Shown one piece after another: positions 10,416 through 20,079 of a stretch of DNA of 64,000 nucleotides; within the stretch, counting starts at the first letter, position 1, and every line of letters starts with the position of its first letter. The stretch comes from an uncultured virus (IMG/VR IMGVR_UViG_3300042894_005760) (lineage: Duplodnaviria; Heunggongvirae; Uroviricota; Caudoviricetes): the IMG/VR virus record IMGVR_UViG_3300042894_005760. One strand, written 5' to 3'. Both the position numbers and the translations under genes were made by a program. Under the pieces are notes generated by a model. That model worked only from the letters and a program-made list of their open reading frames with translations. It had not been told where the DNA came from and searched no databases.

Positions 10416-11138
10416 TTATTGTTTCTTAATCCAAAGATAATAATCATCTGTTTTTTCAAAATCAAACTTTGTATAGTTCATTTCAAGAGAATCATTTATT
10501 AAATCAGTTATTAGACTATCACTCAACTTAGATTCTATATCTGTATTAAATTTATCTTTATCTATAATTGTATTTAGTTTTAAAGACACACCAACAATTA
10601 AATCAATTTGTTGTTTAAGAAGTTCATCATATAAATGTTCTTTTATATTCTCTTTGATAATATCAAATTCATCTTTATTATAAACAATTACTAAAAGATC
10701 TTCATTTTCCCAATTACTAATTTTAAACATATGTTTATCTGTATCAACTATATCTATCTGACTTAAATTTGCATCAAAATAATCTGCCAAAAACTTCTCT
10801 GCTTTAATATCAGTTTTGCCAATACCTTTATAAAGACATTGAATAATTGAAGTAATTTTAAATTCGTCTGATTCAAATACTTTAAAACTTTCAAATGTTA
10901 AAACTCCATCTGATTCCATATGAACTCTATCTTCAATAACATCATTTATAACCTGTTTAATACCATTTATGTCTTTTAAACCATTTCTATCTATAAACTT
11001 TTCAAATTTATCGGAACCATTCTTTAAATATCTTTTTAAGTTAGTAGGTTTAATTTTCCATTTATCAATATATTCATCAACTAGCTTATTTACTACTTGA
11101 TAATATTTATTTGCATCTTCTCTACTGTTTATTGACAT
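10416..11138 (-). CDS. Hypothetical protein
   Basis: 240-aa ORF; late-type promoter; internal LTFESFKVFES motif. Confidence 0.8.
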   Translation of the reverse strand: MSINSREDANKYYQVVNKLVDEYIDKWKIKPTNLKRYLKNGSDKFEKFIDRNGLKDINGIKQVINDVIEDRVHMESDGVLTFESFKVFESDEFKITSIIQCLYKGIGKTDIKAEKFLADYFDANLSQIDIVDTDKHMFKISNWENEDLLVIVYNKDEFDIIKENIKEHLYDELLKQQIDLIVGVSLKLNTIIDKDKFNTDIESKLSDSLITDLINDSLEMNYTKFDFEKTDDYYLWIKKQ

Positions 11139-11256
11139 TATTTAATTATGTTTTTTATTAGAACTATATATTAAAAAAATATTTTCACTTTTTACTAAAC
11201 AAAGGATAATTTTCATGATATATAATCATGTAAAAAAATTAAAAAAACAAAAAACT

Positions 11257-11445
11257 ATGAAAAAAGTATTATTCGCTGTAATGGCAATCGCTGCAATTTC
11301 TTTAACATCTTGCAAAAAAACTGAAACTGTAGATGCAACTACAACAACTGTTGATACAACTGCTGTTGATACTACTAAAGTTGATACAACTGCTGTAGAT
11401 TCAACAACTGTTGACACTACTAAAACTACTGAGGTAGCTAAGTAA
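11257..11445 (+). CDS. Small lipoprotein with Thr/Asp-rich tail
   Basis: MKKVLFAVMAIAAISLTS-C lipobox followed by VDTT repeats; start moved to ATG 11257. Confidence 0.85.
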   Translation: MKKVLFAVMAIAAISLTSCKKTETVDATTTTVDTTAVDTTKVDTTAVDSTTVDTTKTTEVAK

Positions 11446-11482
11446 TCCAACAGAACACTATTTTTTCCATTTAGTGGATTTT

Positions 11483-11513
11483 AAAAAGAGAAACAGAAAT
11501 GTTTCTCTTTTTT
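11483..11513 (+). terminator. Intrinsic terminator
   Basis: AGAGAAACA-GAAA-TGTTTCTCT followed by a T-run. Confidence 0.85.
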
Positions 11514-11531
11514 GTTTTTAGGAATTATGTA

Positions 11532-11542
11532 TTTAATATATA
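11532..11542 (+). promoter_or_regulatory. Putative late promoter TTTAATATATA (representative copy)
   Basis: Recurs just upstream of many starts on both strands; resembles the T4 late TATAAATA. Confidence 0.7.
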
Positions 11543-11546
11543 GTTT

Positions 11547-12452
11547 ATGAATTTAAAACAACTTAGAGACTTTTATAATAATAAACCAGTTGAGTTTGTT
11601 ATTAAAGAACATTATAACTTAATAGAAGATAATGAGTATATTCCACGTTTTTCATTAAAGAATGTTAAGGATATTGCAAATATACCTATCAATCAACCGA
11701 TTAAATATTCTGATCAAATAATGACCAAAGCCATTAAATATGGTATGATGTTTTTACTAAACTACAAAGGAGAAAAAGATAAACACTTTGCTGGTCACGA
11801 GAGAGTTATATACCCTATGGTACTTGGACGTTCATCTCAAGGTAAGATGTTATTGAGAGGTTGGCACTTAAATGGATGGTCAGTATCTCAAAGAAGACAC
11901 ATAAACAAGATTTGGAGACTTTTTAGAACAGATAGGATACTTTCTATGACTTTTACTGGATCGTTCTATAGATTGCCTCCCGCAGGTTATAATATGAATG
12001 ATAAAGGTATGAGAGGTGGTATTGTTGTTAGAGCAGATTTCAATGAAATTAGAAGAAATCAACAAGCACTTGTAAATCAAAATAAAATTCAAAACAGAGA
12101 AGAAGTTACTATTGGTGAAAAAGATAAAACTTTTGCTTCTATACAAGTTAAAGAAACAGAAGAATCTAAATTAGACTTAATGAAACCATTTGAAAATGTT
12201 TATGTAAATAACAATAAAGATATGGCTGGGTTAAGAATATCATTCTTAAAAAGTATTTATGGTAATAAATATATTGCTGTATTAGGTGCATTAGGACAAC
12301 CAGGTAACACAGTTAGAGTTTTAACTGATAAACAAGTAAATTTGGGAATTTTTAAAGTACTTGATTCTATCACTGGCGATGTTTTAAAAAGTATTAAGAA
12401 TGTAAAGGGTAATGCTTTATATGATTTGTATTTATTTGATAAAAAACTTTAA
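11547..12452 (+). CDS. WYL-like domain protein
   Basis: Y.G.....ERVIYP..LG......LLRGW...WRLFRTDRI pattern. Confidence 0.6.
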   Translation: MNLKQLRDFYNNKPVEFVIKEHYNLIEDNEYIPRFSLKNVKDIANIPINQPIKYSDQIMTKAIKYGMMFLLNYKGEKDKHFAGHERVIYPMVLGRSSQGKMLLRGWHLNGWSVSQRRHINKIWRLFRTDRILSMTFTGSFYRLPPAGYNMNDKGMRGGIVVRADFNEIRRNQQALVNQNKIQNREEVTIGEKDKTFASIQVKETEESKLDLMKPFENVYVNNNKDMAGLRISFLKSIYGNKYIAVLGALGQPGNTVRVLTDKQVNLGIFKVLDSITGDVLKSIKNVKGNALYDLYLFDKKL

Positions 12453-12483
12453 TATATAGTATTATAAAAATAATTAAAAAGTT

Positions 12484-13161
12484 ATGATTAAGAAATTTGA
12501 AAACTTTAATGATAATTCAGAAGAGTTCAATGAGAAGAAAAATTGGATCAAAGATGCAATTAAACATCCAGGTGCATTAAAAAAATCTTTAGGTAAAAAA
12601 GATGATGAGAAAATTTCTAAAAAAGAAATCGATTCAGAACTTTCTAAATTAAAAGCTAAGGATAAAGATAAGAAAAAACCAGGTACTCAATTAGATAAAA
12701 AAGATGCTACTAAAAAAAGAAGATTGGAGTTAGCTAAAACTTTAAGTAAACTTAAAGCAATTAAAGAGAACAATGAAGAAGAGAACTATATGTTTTTCTC
12801 TAACTTAGAAACTATCAAAAGATTAGTTGATAAGTTATTAGAAATGGATAGAACAGAAATCGATACAATGTTAAAAGAACATGACTGGGCATCAGATCAT
12901 ATTACATCCTCTAAGGATGATGTTGAAGAAGTATTTAACTTTATTACAGCACATAGTAATCAGGAAGAGAAACCTCTTTTAGGTGGACCAGAAAGTTCAC
13001 ATACAGAACATGATAATCATATGAGAAATATGAATTATACAGAAGAAGAGTATGATTATCCACTTACAAAAAATGCTATACTTAATATGGATACTGGGAA
13101 ATATGGGAAAGGTAAAACTAATCCAATGCAACATTTAAAAAGTTTTTTCACAAAGAAATAA
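12484..13161 (+). CDS. Hypothetical protein, probable internal head protein
   Basis: MIKKFENFN leader; basic WIKDAIKHPGAL...RLELAKTL segment. Confidence 0.75.
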   Translation: MIKKFENFNDNSEEFNEKKNWIKDAIKHPGALKKSLGKKDDEKISKKEIDSELSKLKAKDKDKKKPGTQLDKKDATKKRRLELAKTLSKLKAIKENNEEENYMFFSNLETIKRLVDKLLEMDRTEIDTMLKEHDWASDHITSSKDDVEEVFNFITAHSNQEEKPLLGGPESSHTEHDNHMRNMNYTEEEYDYPLTKNAILNMDTGKYGKGKTNPMQHLKSFFTKK

Positions 13162-13163
13162 TT

Positions 13164-13190
13164 AAAAAACCTCACTTAGTGAGGTTTTTT
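13164..13190 (+). terminator. Intrinsic terminator
   Basis: CCTCAC-TTA-GTGAGG followed by a T-run. Confidence 0.85.
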
Positions 13191-13270
13191 CTTTTAAACT
13201 AACATGTTAGTATTTCATATAAGTTGAAGTTTAACTCCTTAATTAGGAATTAAAAAATAATGGCCTATGA

Positions 13271-13672
13271 ATGAACGAATTAGACAGCTTTTTAACACAT
13301 CTTTTTAATAATATCGAGAGTGAAGATATTACACTATCAAAAAAGATGAAGTATGGCTACAGACATTACTACTTAAATATTAAAGTTGAACAGCAAGAAG
13401 AGACAGAAATTAGTTTCTCAAAAAATGGACTTTATATATCAGACTTTACAATTGTAATAGATAATCGAAATAAATGTATTGATATTTTTTCTAATATGGA
13501 TAATATCGTAGTTGAAGATACTGAGTTAGTGGAAAAATGGACAAATATTTTTGAAGAATATATTCAAGATAATCTCGAAAAGACAGTTGGAGATTTAATA
13601 AATAATACATTCACAAATACTAATCAAAAAGGTTTGTTAAGAGGTTATAAATTAAAAAAAATGGATATTTAA
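13271..13672 (+). CDS. Hypothetical protein
   Basis: 133-aa ORF; TAAAC-N18-TATAA at 13195-13222. Confidence 0.75.
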   Translation: MNELDSFLTHLFNNIESEDITLSKKMKYGYRHYYLNIKVEQQEETEISFSKNGLYISDFTIVIDNRNKCIDIFSNMDNIVVEDTELVEKWTNIFEEYIQDNLEKTVGDLINNTFTNTNQKGLLRGYKLKKMDI

Positions 13673-13673
13673 T

Positions 13674-14168
13674 ATGAATTTATTTAGTCAAGAAGAAATT
13701 GATAGAATTACTAAAGCTAAAGAAACTAACGATAAGTTAGAAGAATACTTTAATGATAAAAGATCAGAGTGGAGTAAAAATGTTGATCCACTTTTTAAAT
13801 CTTTATCATTAGACTTAGCAAACCCAACAAATTCTAAGGTGATATTAGATACACAAGCTATCGCACTTTCATATAGACAAATGTTAAATGAACAAATAAA
13901 CTTCTTTTTAAATAAACGAAGTAGAGAAATGACTAAAATTAAAAAACTTAAACAAGATAAGTTTATTTTTTATGCTACAGGATTTGGTGTTAAAACAAAT
14001 ATGGGAGAAAAGGGTATTTTAATTGATGGTCACTTAGCGGAAAATGATAGAGCATTAGAAATTATAGAAGCTTATATTTCTTATATGAGAGATACTGTTA
14101 AAAATCTTGAATCATTAGGATTTGCAGTTAAGAATATGATTGAATTGATGAATTATTTAGGAAAGTAA
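13674..14168 (+). CDS. uvsY: UvsY-like recombination mediator
   Basis: Helical protein ending YMRDTVKNLESLGFAVKNMIE, like the T4 UvsY C-terminal GFxIKNxIE; UvsW is in the same window. Confidence 0.6.
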   Translation: MNLFSQEEIDRITKAKETNDKLEEYFNDKRSEWSKNVDPLFKSLSLDLANPTNSKVILDTQAIALSYRQMLNEQINFFLNKRSREMTKIKKLKQDKFIFYATGFGVKTNMGEKGILIDGHLAENDRALEIIEAYISYMRDTVKNLESLGFAVKNMIELMNYLGK

Positions 14169-14187
14169 TGACAAGAATATTTATGCT

Positions 14188-15252
14188 TCAACTTCTTCCT
14201 TTCTCAACGTCTATTTCAATACCTGCTTGTTTTAAAACCATTACACCTTCAGAACAACCATAACATAGATTTTTATTTTTTGACTTACCATCACAATCAT
14301 CACATCTTTCACGATCACCATCGGTGTCCCATAATCTATAACATTTCCAAGAAGGAACATTAGAAAGTTCATCTTTATCTTTATTTAAACAAAATAAGGT
14401 ATCCATATAAGGATATTTAGGATGTTTACCATCTATCTTAACAGATATTTCTCCTAATACTTCTTTCCTATTATATTTAAACTTTACTGCCCAAGAATCA
14501 CCACAAGTCATACTTTGTTTGTATAACCAACCATTTTTCTCAGCATATTGTGTAAATTTATTTACTTCGTAATCACGGTTTGTATAAACCCTATCCATAA
14601 AATATTCTGCATCACAAGGAGATTTATCTAATTTCCAAACTAAAGCTCTACCACATATTTTACCATCTTCGAGAAGAACTAGTAATCTAACTTTCTTTTC
14701 ATTTTTAGTGTATATTTTAAGAAATGATGGATGTCCGGTCATACAAGAACTACCAAGAGTTCCATAATTTGCATCAGAGTAGTTTTTTTCGATATAACCT
14801 GATTTTATTTCATCACCAACATAAAATCTAAAATCATCTTCTCCTTCATCTGCAATTGATTTATAAACATTTACAAAATCTTCTATTTGTTTATCAGTGA
14901 TTTTAATGTCATATAAATCTTTTGCTATATATTTTATAGCTCTACCAACTTTAAGATCACTTCTACCAGCCATTGTATATGGATCTACATCATCTTTTAC
15001 TCTATTTGTTTGAATAAAAGATACTTTGTCTTTATCATCAGTTGTTTTAAAGAAATCTTGTTTTAGATCCACCTCAGAAACCCAGTCTTTATCATTAATT
15101 CTTGATAAAAGCATATCCGCAATTGTAGAGGAAAAATTTGACTGTCTTGAAATTTTATCTAATTTAGATAAAAAACTTGTATCTGCACTTAAAAATGCTT
15201 CTAGTATAAGTTTAGATTCGTTTATTAAAAATTGGTTGTACTTACTAATCAT
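14188..15252 (-). CDS. Hypothetical protein, GSCM/GRxLVW family, with Cys-rich C-terminus
   Basis: Start moved to MISKYNQFLINES directly after a late motif. LGSSCM, GRALVW, MDRVY, PYMDT; CxxC..CxxC. Confidence 0.8.
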   Translation of the reverse strand: MISKYNQFLINESKLILEAFLSADTSFLSKLDKISRQSNFSSTIADMLLSRINDKDWVSEVDLKQDFFKTTDDKDKVSFIQTNRVKDDVDPYTMAGRSDLKVGRAIKYIAKDLYDIKITDKQIEDFVNVYKSIADEGEDDFRFYVGDEIKSGYIEKNYSDANYGTLGSSCMTGHPSFLKIYTKNEKKVRLLVLLEDGKICGRALVWKLDKSPCDAEYFMDRVYTNRDYEVNKFTQYAEKNGWLYKQSMTCGDSWAVKFKYNRKEVLGEISVKIDGKHPKYPYMDTLFCLNKDKDELSNVPSWKCYRLWDTDGDRERCDDCDGKSKNKNLCYGCSEGVMVLKQAGIEIDVEKGRS

Positions 15253-15269
15253 ACTACTATATATTAAAT

Positions 15270-15307
15270 AAAAAACCCATCTTTTTAAAAAGATGGGTTG
15301 TTTTTTA
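15270..15307 (-). terminator. Intrinsic terminator after the M42 gene
   Basis: AACCCATCTTTT/AAAAGATGGGTT inverted repeat with flanking A/T-runs. Confidence 0.8.
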
Positions 15308-16375
15308 AGAGTTGTATTTAAAATTATGATTCTCTTCAATATTTAGAAGAGTCTCATAAATCAACTCTATAACATTTTTAATATCATTCTTATGAACAGT
15401 CTCAGTCGTTGTGTGCATATATTTCAATGGCAGTGAAATAAGTGCCGAAGGAGTACCACCATTTGCATAAGCAAACGCATCAGTATCTGTTCCAGTTGAT
15501 CTTGAAGATGCTGCTAACTGGTGAGGGATTTTTTTAGCCGTTGCGGTATCCAAAATCAATTTTCTCAATTTATTATGAACTGCAGGACCTCTTGTAATAA
15601 CACCTCCATCACCAGCAATGTGATCACCTTGTTTACTTGCAGTATAACAAGGTGATGATGTTTCATGACAAACATCAGTTACAATAGCAACATTTGGTTT
15701 AATTGTGTGTGCAATCATTTCAGCACCACGTAATCCAATTTCTTCTTGAACAGAATTAACAATGTAAAGTTTAAATGGTAGTTTTTTACCTTTCTCTTTC
15801 AATTTTCTTGCAACCTCGGCAATCATAAAACCACCAATTCTGTTGTCAAGAGCTCTACCAGAGTAGTAATCGTTACCAAGTTTCATCAACTCATCTTTAA
15901 AAGTAACTACTGTACCAACTTTAATACCCATTTTAGCAACATCTTCTTTTGAAGAAGCACCAATATCGATAAAAATTGAGTTTAAATCAACCTCTTTCTT
16001 TCTATCAGAGATATGTATCGCTGGATGTCCAAAGACACCTGTAACGGCACCCTTTTCACCCCATAGATTTACTCTCATAGAAGGAGCAATTTGTACGTCA
16101 GAGCCACCATTTCTAATAACTCTAATATATCCTTTTGAGTCAATGTAGTTTACAAACCAACTGATTTCATCAGAGTGTGCTTCGATAACAACTTTAAAGT
16201 CAGACTCTAAATTACCGGTAACACCATAAGCAGTACCATAATTATCAAGTTCTACCGAATCGACATACTTTTCAATATTGTCCATCCAAACTTTTTGTCC
16301 ACCTAATTCATACTCAAACCCTGTTGGAGAAGTACTATTCAAGTACTCTTTTAAAAACTTTTTGTTTAATTTCAT
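15305..16375 (-). CDS. M42 family metalloaminopeptidase
   Basis: SPTGFE, EAHSDEI, RALDNR, VQEEIGLRGA, GTDTD and YMHT motifs; start moved to MKLNKK. Confidence 0.95.
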   Translation of the reverse strand: MKLNKKFLKEYLNSTSPTGFEYELGGQKVWMDNIEKYVDSVELDNYGTAYGVTGNLESDFKVVIEAHSDEISWFVNYIDSKGYIRVIRNGGSDVQIAPSMRVNLWGEKGAVTGVFGHPAIHISDRKKEVDLNSIFIDIGASSKEDVAKMGIKVGTVVTFKDELMKLGNDYYSGRALDNRIGGFMIAEVARKLKEKGKKLPFKLYIVNSVQEEIGLRGAEMIAHTIKPNVAIVTDVCHETSSPCYTASKQGDHIAGDGGVITRGPAVHNKLRKLILDTATAKKIPHQLAASSRSTGTDTDAFAYANGGTPSALISLPLKYMHTTTETVHKNDIKNVIELIYETLLNIEENHNFKYNS

Positions 16376-16400
16376 TTTAGATATTTTTAATGTTCTTATG

Positions 16401-16452
16401 TTATACATGAAAATGTAAATTAGTTTAAACAAAGTTATCAACTTTGATATAA
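16401..16452. promoter_or_regulatory. Back-to-back TAAAC-N17-TATAA promoters sharing GTTTAAAC
   Basis: TTATA(16401)-N17-GTTTAAAC(16423-16430)-N17-TATAA(16448) between divergent genes. Confidence 0.7.
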
Positions 16453-16457
16453 TCATT

Positions 16458-16784
16458 ATGAAATTTAGACTAATAAACGACTTTATATTAAATACCGGAT
16501 TTGGTGAAGAAATAATTCTACAAAAAGGGGATATTACTGAACCTAATGAAAATGGTGATTATGTATTTCCTAAGTTAAATAAAGCATTTACTAAAGAAGA
16601 TTTACTTTCAAAACCTGAGTTATTTGAAGAGTTACTTGAATTAAAATTAGATGTAAGAGAAATTACTGAAGATGATGAAAATAAAGTAGGTAATTGGAGA
16701 ATACAACTTGATGTAAAAACGTCCAGAAGGAAATTAAAAGAAATTGAAAAGTTTATAAGAGATAATGTAAGTGAAATGCTTTAA
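16458..16784 (+). CDS. Hypothetical protein
   Basis: 108-aa ORF. Confidence 0.75.
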   Translation: MKFRLINDFILNTGFGEEIILQKGDITEPNENGDYVFPKLNKAFTKEDLLSKPELFEELLELKLDVREITEDDENKVGNWRIQLDVKTSRRKLKEIEKFIRDNVSEML

Positions 16785-17051
16785 CTATTTAAAGAAACCA
16801 AATCTTTTCATTCTAGTTTTACTTAACATCTTATTATACTCATCAAGTATATAAGATTTTAACTCATCATCCAGTTCAATACCCATTTCAAATGCTCTTT
16901 CATAGTCATCATCACTTGAGAAACTAACTTCACCATCTATTACTTTAAATGAAAAATCTTGGTCATCGATAATAGCTTCAAGGTCATTACCATGAACATC
17001 AAATGGTTCAATATCAAAATTGAATTCTTCAAATAAGTTTAAGTGTTTCAT
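16785..17051 (-). CDS. Hypothetical protein with capsid-targeting-like leader
   Basis: MKHLNLFEEF; start overlaps the upstream stop. Confidence 0.75.
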   Translation of the reverse strand: MKHLNLFEEFNFDIEPFDVHGNDLEAIIDDQDFSFKVIDGEVSFSSDDDYERAFEMGIELDDELKSYILDEYNKMLSKTRMKRFGFFK

Positions 17052-18022
17052 TATTCTTCGGTTTTCAATAAGTCTTCTAAATATAAGTAGATATATTTGT
17101 GGTATCTTTTTAAGATAAATGGATCAACATTTCTTTTAATATCAACATATAATCTAAATCTACTTGAATTTTGTGTAAGTTTATCTATTCCTTCTTTAGG
17201 AGTTGTGATTGTTGGAAACATAGTAACTACTTCTTTGGCAATTGAAAATGCAAATGCCATAACTTCATCTTTATTAGAGAAATATTTTTTCTGATCTTTT
17301 GGTTCTGGTAAAGGCATATCTATATTAGGTCTTCTAGAATGTTGTCCAACGTGTATTTGTTCATGTTTAAGTATATCACCAAGTGGAACTTGGTCAAAGA
17401 AGTCTTTTGGTATAAAAGGCATTGGTAAATTTAAAACAACTCTAGGTCTTTTTGTAACTGGATTTACTAATGCAAAAAACTGAGATGATCTTGGTGGTAC
17501 AGTTGCTTTATCCCTTTCTGGTAAATCATTTAAGAAAGTATTATAATCTACAATCTCTATATCATACTCTGCTCCAAGTGCAGTCAGTTCCGGTATTTGA
17601 AATCTATGGTGTCTCGGATATGTATTGATTTCTCCCATTAAACCATCTATGGAATCATTTTTGTAATCAACGATTGCTTCATTTACTTTACTTTCAGATA
17701 TACCCAATATAGAGTGAATATCTTTTTCAATCATTTCAACTCCTTCTTCCATTGATTCAACTTCTTCAGTAAAGTCGTGTACATCATTTGCAATTTTAGT
17801 AACTTTCATATCATCAATGTCAAATTCATATCTAACGTTCATACCATTTGCAGAAAAATTTATAAACAACTCATGGTCATCTTTATTCTCCCACTCATAT
17901 ATAAGTGTATCACTATTTTCAGTGTTGTCAAGTAAATCTTTGATTTCTTGCATTCTCATGTCTAAATAACTATCTGGGTTAGTGACATTCTCGTTGATAA
18001 ATTGGTTCCAGTTTTTAATCAT
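17051..18022 (-). CDS. Putative zincin metalloprotease domain protein
   Basis: LKHEQIH (HExxH) plus downstream YF...DEVMAFA; leader MIKNWNQFINE. Confidence 0.6.
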   Translation of the reverse strand: MIKNWNQFINENVTNPDSYLDMRMQEIKDLLDNTENSDTLIYEWENKDDHELFINFSANGMNVRYEFDIDDMKVTKIANDVHDFTEEVESMEEGVEMIEKDIHSILGISESKVNEAIVDYKNDSIDGLMGEINTYPRHHRFQIPELTALGAEYDIEIVDYNTFLNDLPERDKATVPPRSSQFFALVNPVTKRPRVVLNLPMPFIPKDFFDQVPLGDILKHEQIHVGQHSRRPNIDMPLPEPKDQKKYFSNKDEVMAFAFSIAKEVVTMFPTITTPKEGIDKLTQNSSRFRLYVDIKRNVDPFILKRYHKYIYLYLEDLLKTEE

Positions 18023-18092
18023 AAATTATATATTAAAAACTATTAAACAAAAAATCAACTTTTTCATATAATCTCTAATAATTAAATTAAAT

Positions 18093-18872
18093 ATGGCAGG
18101 AAAAGTAAAGTTAAAAGTAGTACCAAATATGTTTAGTGACTTCGTTGAGAAGTTAAATACCGTAGCATCCATTGATGACACCGTTAAATTAAAGATAGAT
18201 AATGAAAATATTTTAATGTATGCAATGTTAGGTGGTGGTAATGTTATTTTGGCATTCAAAAACTTTCTTTTACCTACAAAAGACTACTTTGATAATGATA
18301 TGGAAGATTTTTCATTAGACATAATAATTCCTTCTGCCAAAAGATTTGTTAAAAACTTAGCATTCATAAAAGATATGGATAAAATAGGTTTTGATGTTTC
18401 TTATAAGGAATCACCAGATGATGATTCATTATATTTAGCTAGAGGTCTTCAAGTATCTTCTGGTAAGTTTAAAGTAAACTGGTTAGGTGGTGAAGGAGGA
18501 ACAATAAGAGATATTGGTAAAGCAGCATTGGCTCAACGATTAGATGTTAGAAATAAAAAATGGACTTTTAATATTCCTAATAGTGATTTCTTAGACATTA
18601 AAAAGTTATCTGGTATAAATGGCGAGAGAATCATAAATATGGACGTTGTTAAAGGAGTTGTTACTTTATCAGAGAAATCTTCTTGGGAATTAGAAGTCGA
18701 TAATTTAAACGATGATAGAACTGCTAGTTTAATTTTAAATAAAAGATTTTTAGGTTGTATAAATGATAAGATGGAGAATATAGAATTTATTATCTTTGAT
18801 AACTTTATGTTGATAAAAGATGAAAACTCAAATTTGATGTTGAGCTTTGAACAAGACTTCTCTGATGATTAA
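18093..18872 (+). CDS. Putative sliding clamp (gp45/PCNA-like)
   Basis: 259 aa with a twice-repeated strand-helix-strands pattern; near the polymerase; fold inferred only. Confidence 0.5.
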   Translation: MAGKVKLKVVPNMFSDFVEKLNTVASIDDTVKLKIDNENILMYAMLGGGNVILAFKNFLLPTKDYFDNDMEDFSLDIIIPSAKRFVKNLAFIKDMDKIGFDVSYKESPDDDSLYLARGLQVSSGKFKVNWLGGEGGTIRDIGKAALAQRLDVRNKKWTFNIPNSDFLDIKKLSGINGERIINMDVVKGVVTLSEKSSWELEVDNLNDDRTASLILNKRFLGCINDKMENIEFIIFDNFMLIKDENSNLMLSFEQDFSDD

Positions 18873-19294
18873 TTTTCAGAAGGTTTTTTGATAATTATCT
18901 TTTTTATACTTTTATTGATTGGCATGTTTGTTACAGGAAAGATCTTATCACTTACAACATCATCAAATGATTTAGTAATATATTTGGCATTTGATGTAAA
19001 AAATAGTATTTTATCGGTTGATTTATCATAATTATACTCTTTATATAACATTTGTAAAAAAGGAATAATGTGGTCCTTAACTTCATTCCAAGAAAAATCG
19101 TCAAGCATAAAATCTATTCTGCGAAACGGATTGTAACTATCACAAGGATGTGAAATAGTTATTTCACCATCTTTCCACCCCGCACTATTAATATAAATAT
19201 TAAATCCTTCGTCTTTTAGATAAGCCAGATAAGTGTCACAAAAGTCTTGAAGATTATCTTCAAATAGGTCCTCAAAAAGTTTAATATATTTCAT
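18869..19294 (-). CDS. Hypothetical protein, LAYLxDEG/WxxxKDHxIPFL paralog family
   Basis: MKYIKLFED leader; motifs shared with 48177 and 58183. Confidence 0.8.
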   Translation of the reverse strand: MKYIKLFEDLFEDNLQDFCDTYLAYLKDEGFNIYINSAGWKDGEITISHPCDSYNPFRRIDFMLDDFSWNEVKDHIIPFLQMLYKEYNYDKSTDKILFFTSNAKYITKSFDDVVSDKIFPVTNMPINKSIKKIIIKKPSEN

Positions 19295-19336
19295 AAAGTA
19301 TATATAAACTTTCTAACTATTAAAAATATAATGGAT

Positions 19337-19516
19337 ATGGCCAATAAGATAAATTGGAGTATAATTGATGATAATTTTAGATTTGTTATCAAAATACCAC
19401 TTGAATCATTTAGAAAAAAAAGTAAATGGTGGGAAATCTGTAAAAAGAATTCTTATGATTTTAATAATAAATATATAAACCGACAAATAAAAATAATTAA
19501 ATTATTCAAACCTTGA
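19337..19516 (+). CDS. Small hypothetical protein
   Basis: TAAAC-N17-TATAA at 19305-19331; C-terminal NRQIKIIKLF motif. Confidence 0.6.
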   Translation: MANKINWSIIDDNFRFVIKIPLESFRKKSKWWEICKKNSYDFNNKYINRQIKIIKLFKP

Positions 19517-20046
19517 ATAGAAAACAACCAAACAACAAAAGAAAACACAAAATAAATGACGAAATTAAGTCATTTGAGGTTAGACTAATCGTTACCGGTG
19601 CAGCACCGGAAGTAATGAGAACTAAAGAAGCACTTCGTCTTGCTGATGAAGAAGGTAAAGATCTTATTTTAATCAATGAGAACCAAGATCCACCTATTGC
19701 CAAAATTGAAGACTATGGTAAGTTCCTTTATAACATTGAGAAAATGTTAAAAGAACAAAAGAAAAATGCCATAAAATCAGAATTAAAAGAAATAAAACTT
19801 TCTTGTGAGATTTCAGATCACGATTTAGAGATTAAAGCTAAAAAAGGTAAAGAGTTCTTATTAGATAATGACAAGGTAAAATGTGTTATTCAATTAAAAG
19901 GAAGACAAAAAGGTAATCCAGATAGAGGACAATTAGTAATGTTAAAATTTGCTACCTTACTTGAAGAGTTTGGATCTGCAGAAAACGTTCCTAAATTGGA
20001 ATCTAGTAAATGGCTTATGATATTAAAACCAAAAAAGAAGAACTAA
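19501..20046 (+). CDS. infC: Translation initiation factor IF-3
   Basis: IN.EI...EVRL, DL.LI.....PPIAKI.DYGKF.Y, KEIKL...I..HDL..K, DKVK....KGR. No ATG at the start; in-frame ATT at 19501/19504 or TTG at 19513. Confidence 0.93.
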   Translation: MIQTLNRKQPNNKRKHKINDEIKSFEVRLIVTGAAPEVMRTKEALRLADEEGKDLILINENQDPPIAKIEDYGKFLYNIEKMLKEQKKNAIKSELKEIKLSCEISDHDLEIKAKKGKEFLLDNDKVKCVIQLKGRQKGNPDRGQLVMLKFATLLEEFGSAENVPKLESSKWLMILKPKKKN

Positions 20047-20079
20047 TGTTCTTCTTTTTTATTTAAAAACTTTTCTATT

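Noticed and set aside
11226..11450. Val-rich minus-strand ORF
   Set aside because: Shadow of the lipoprotein, which has a lipobox, promoter and terminator
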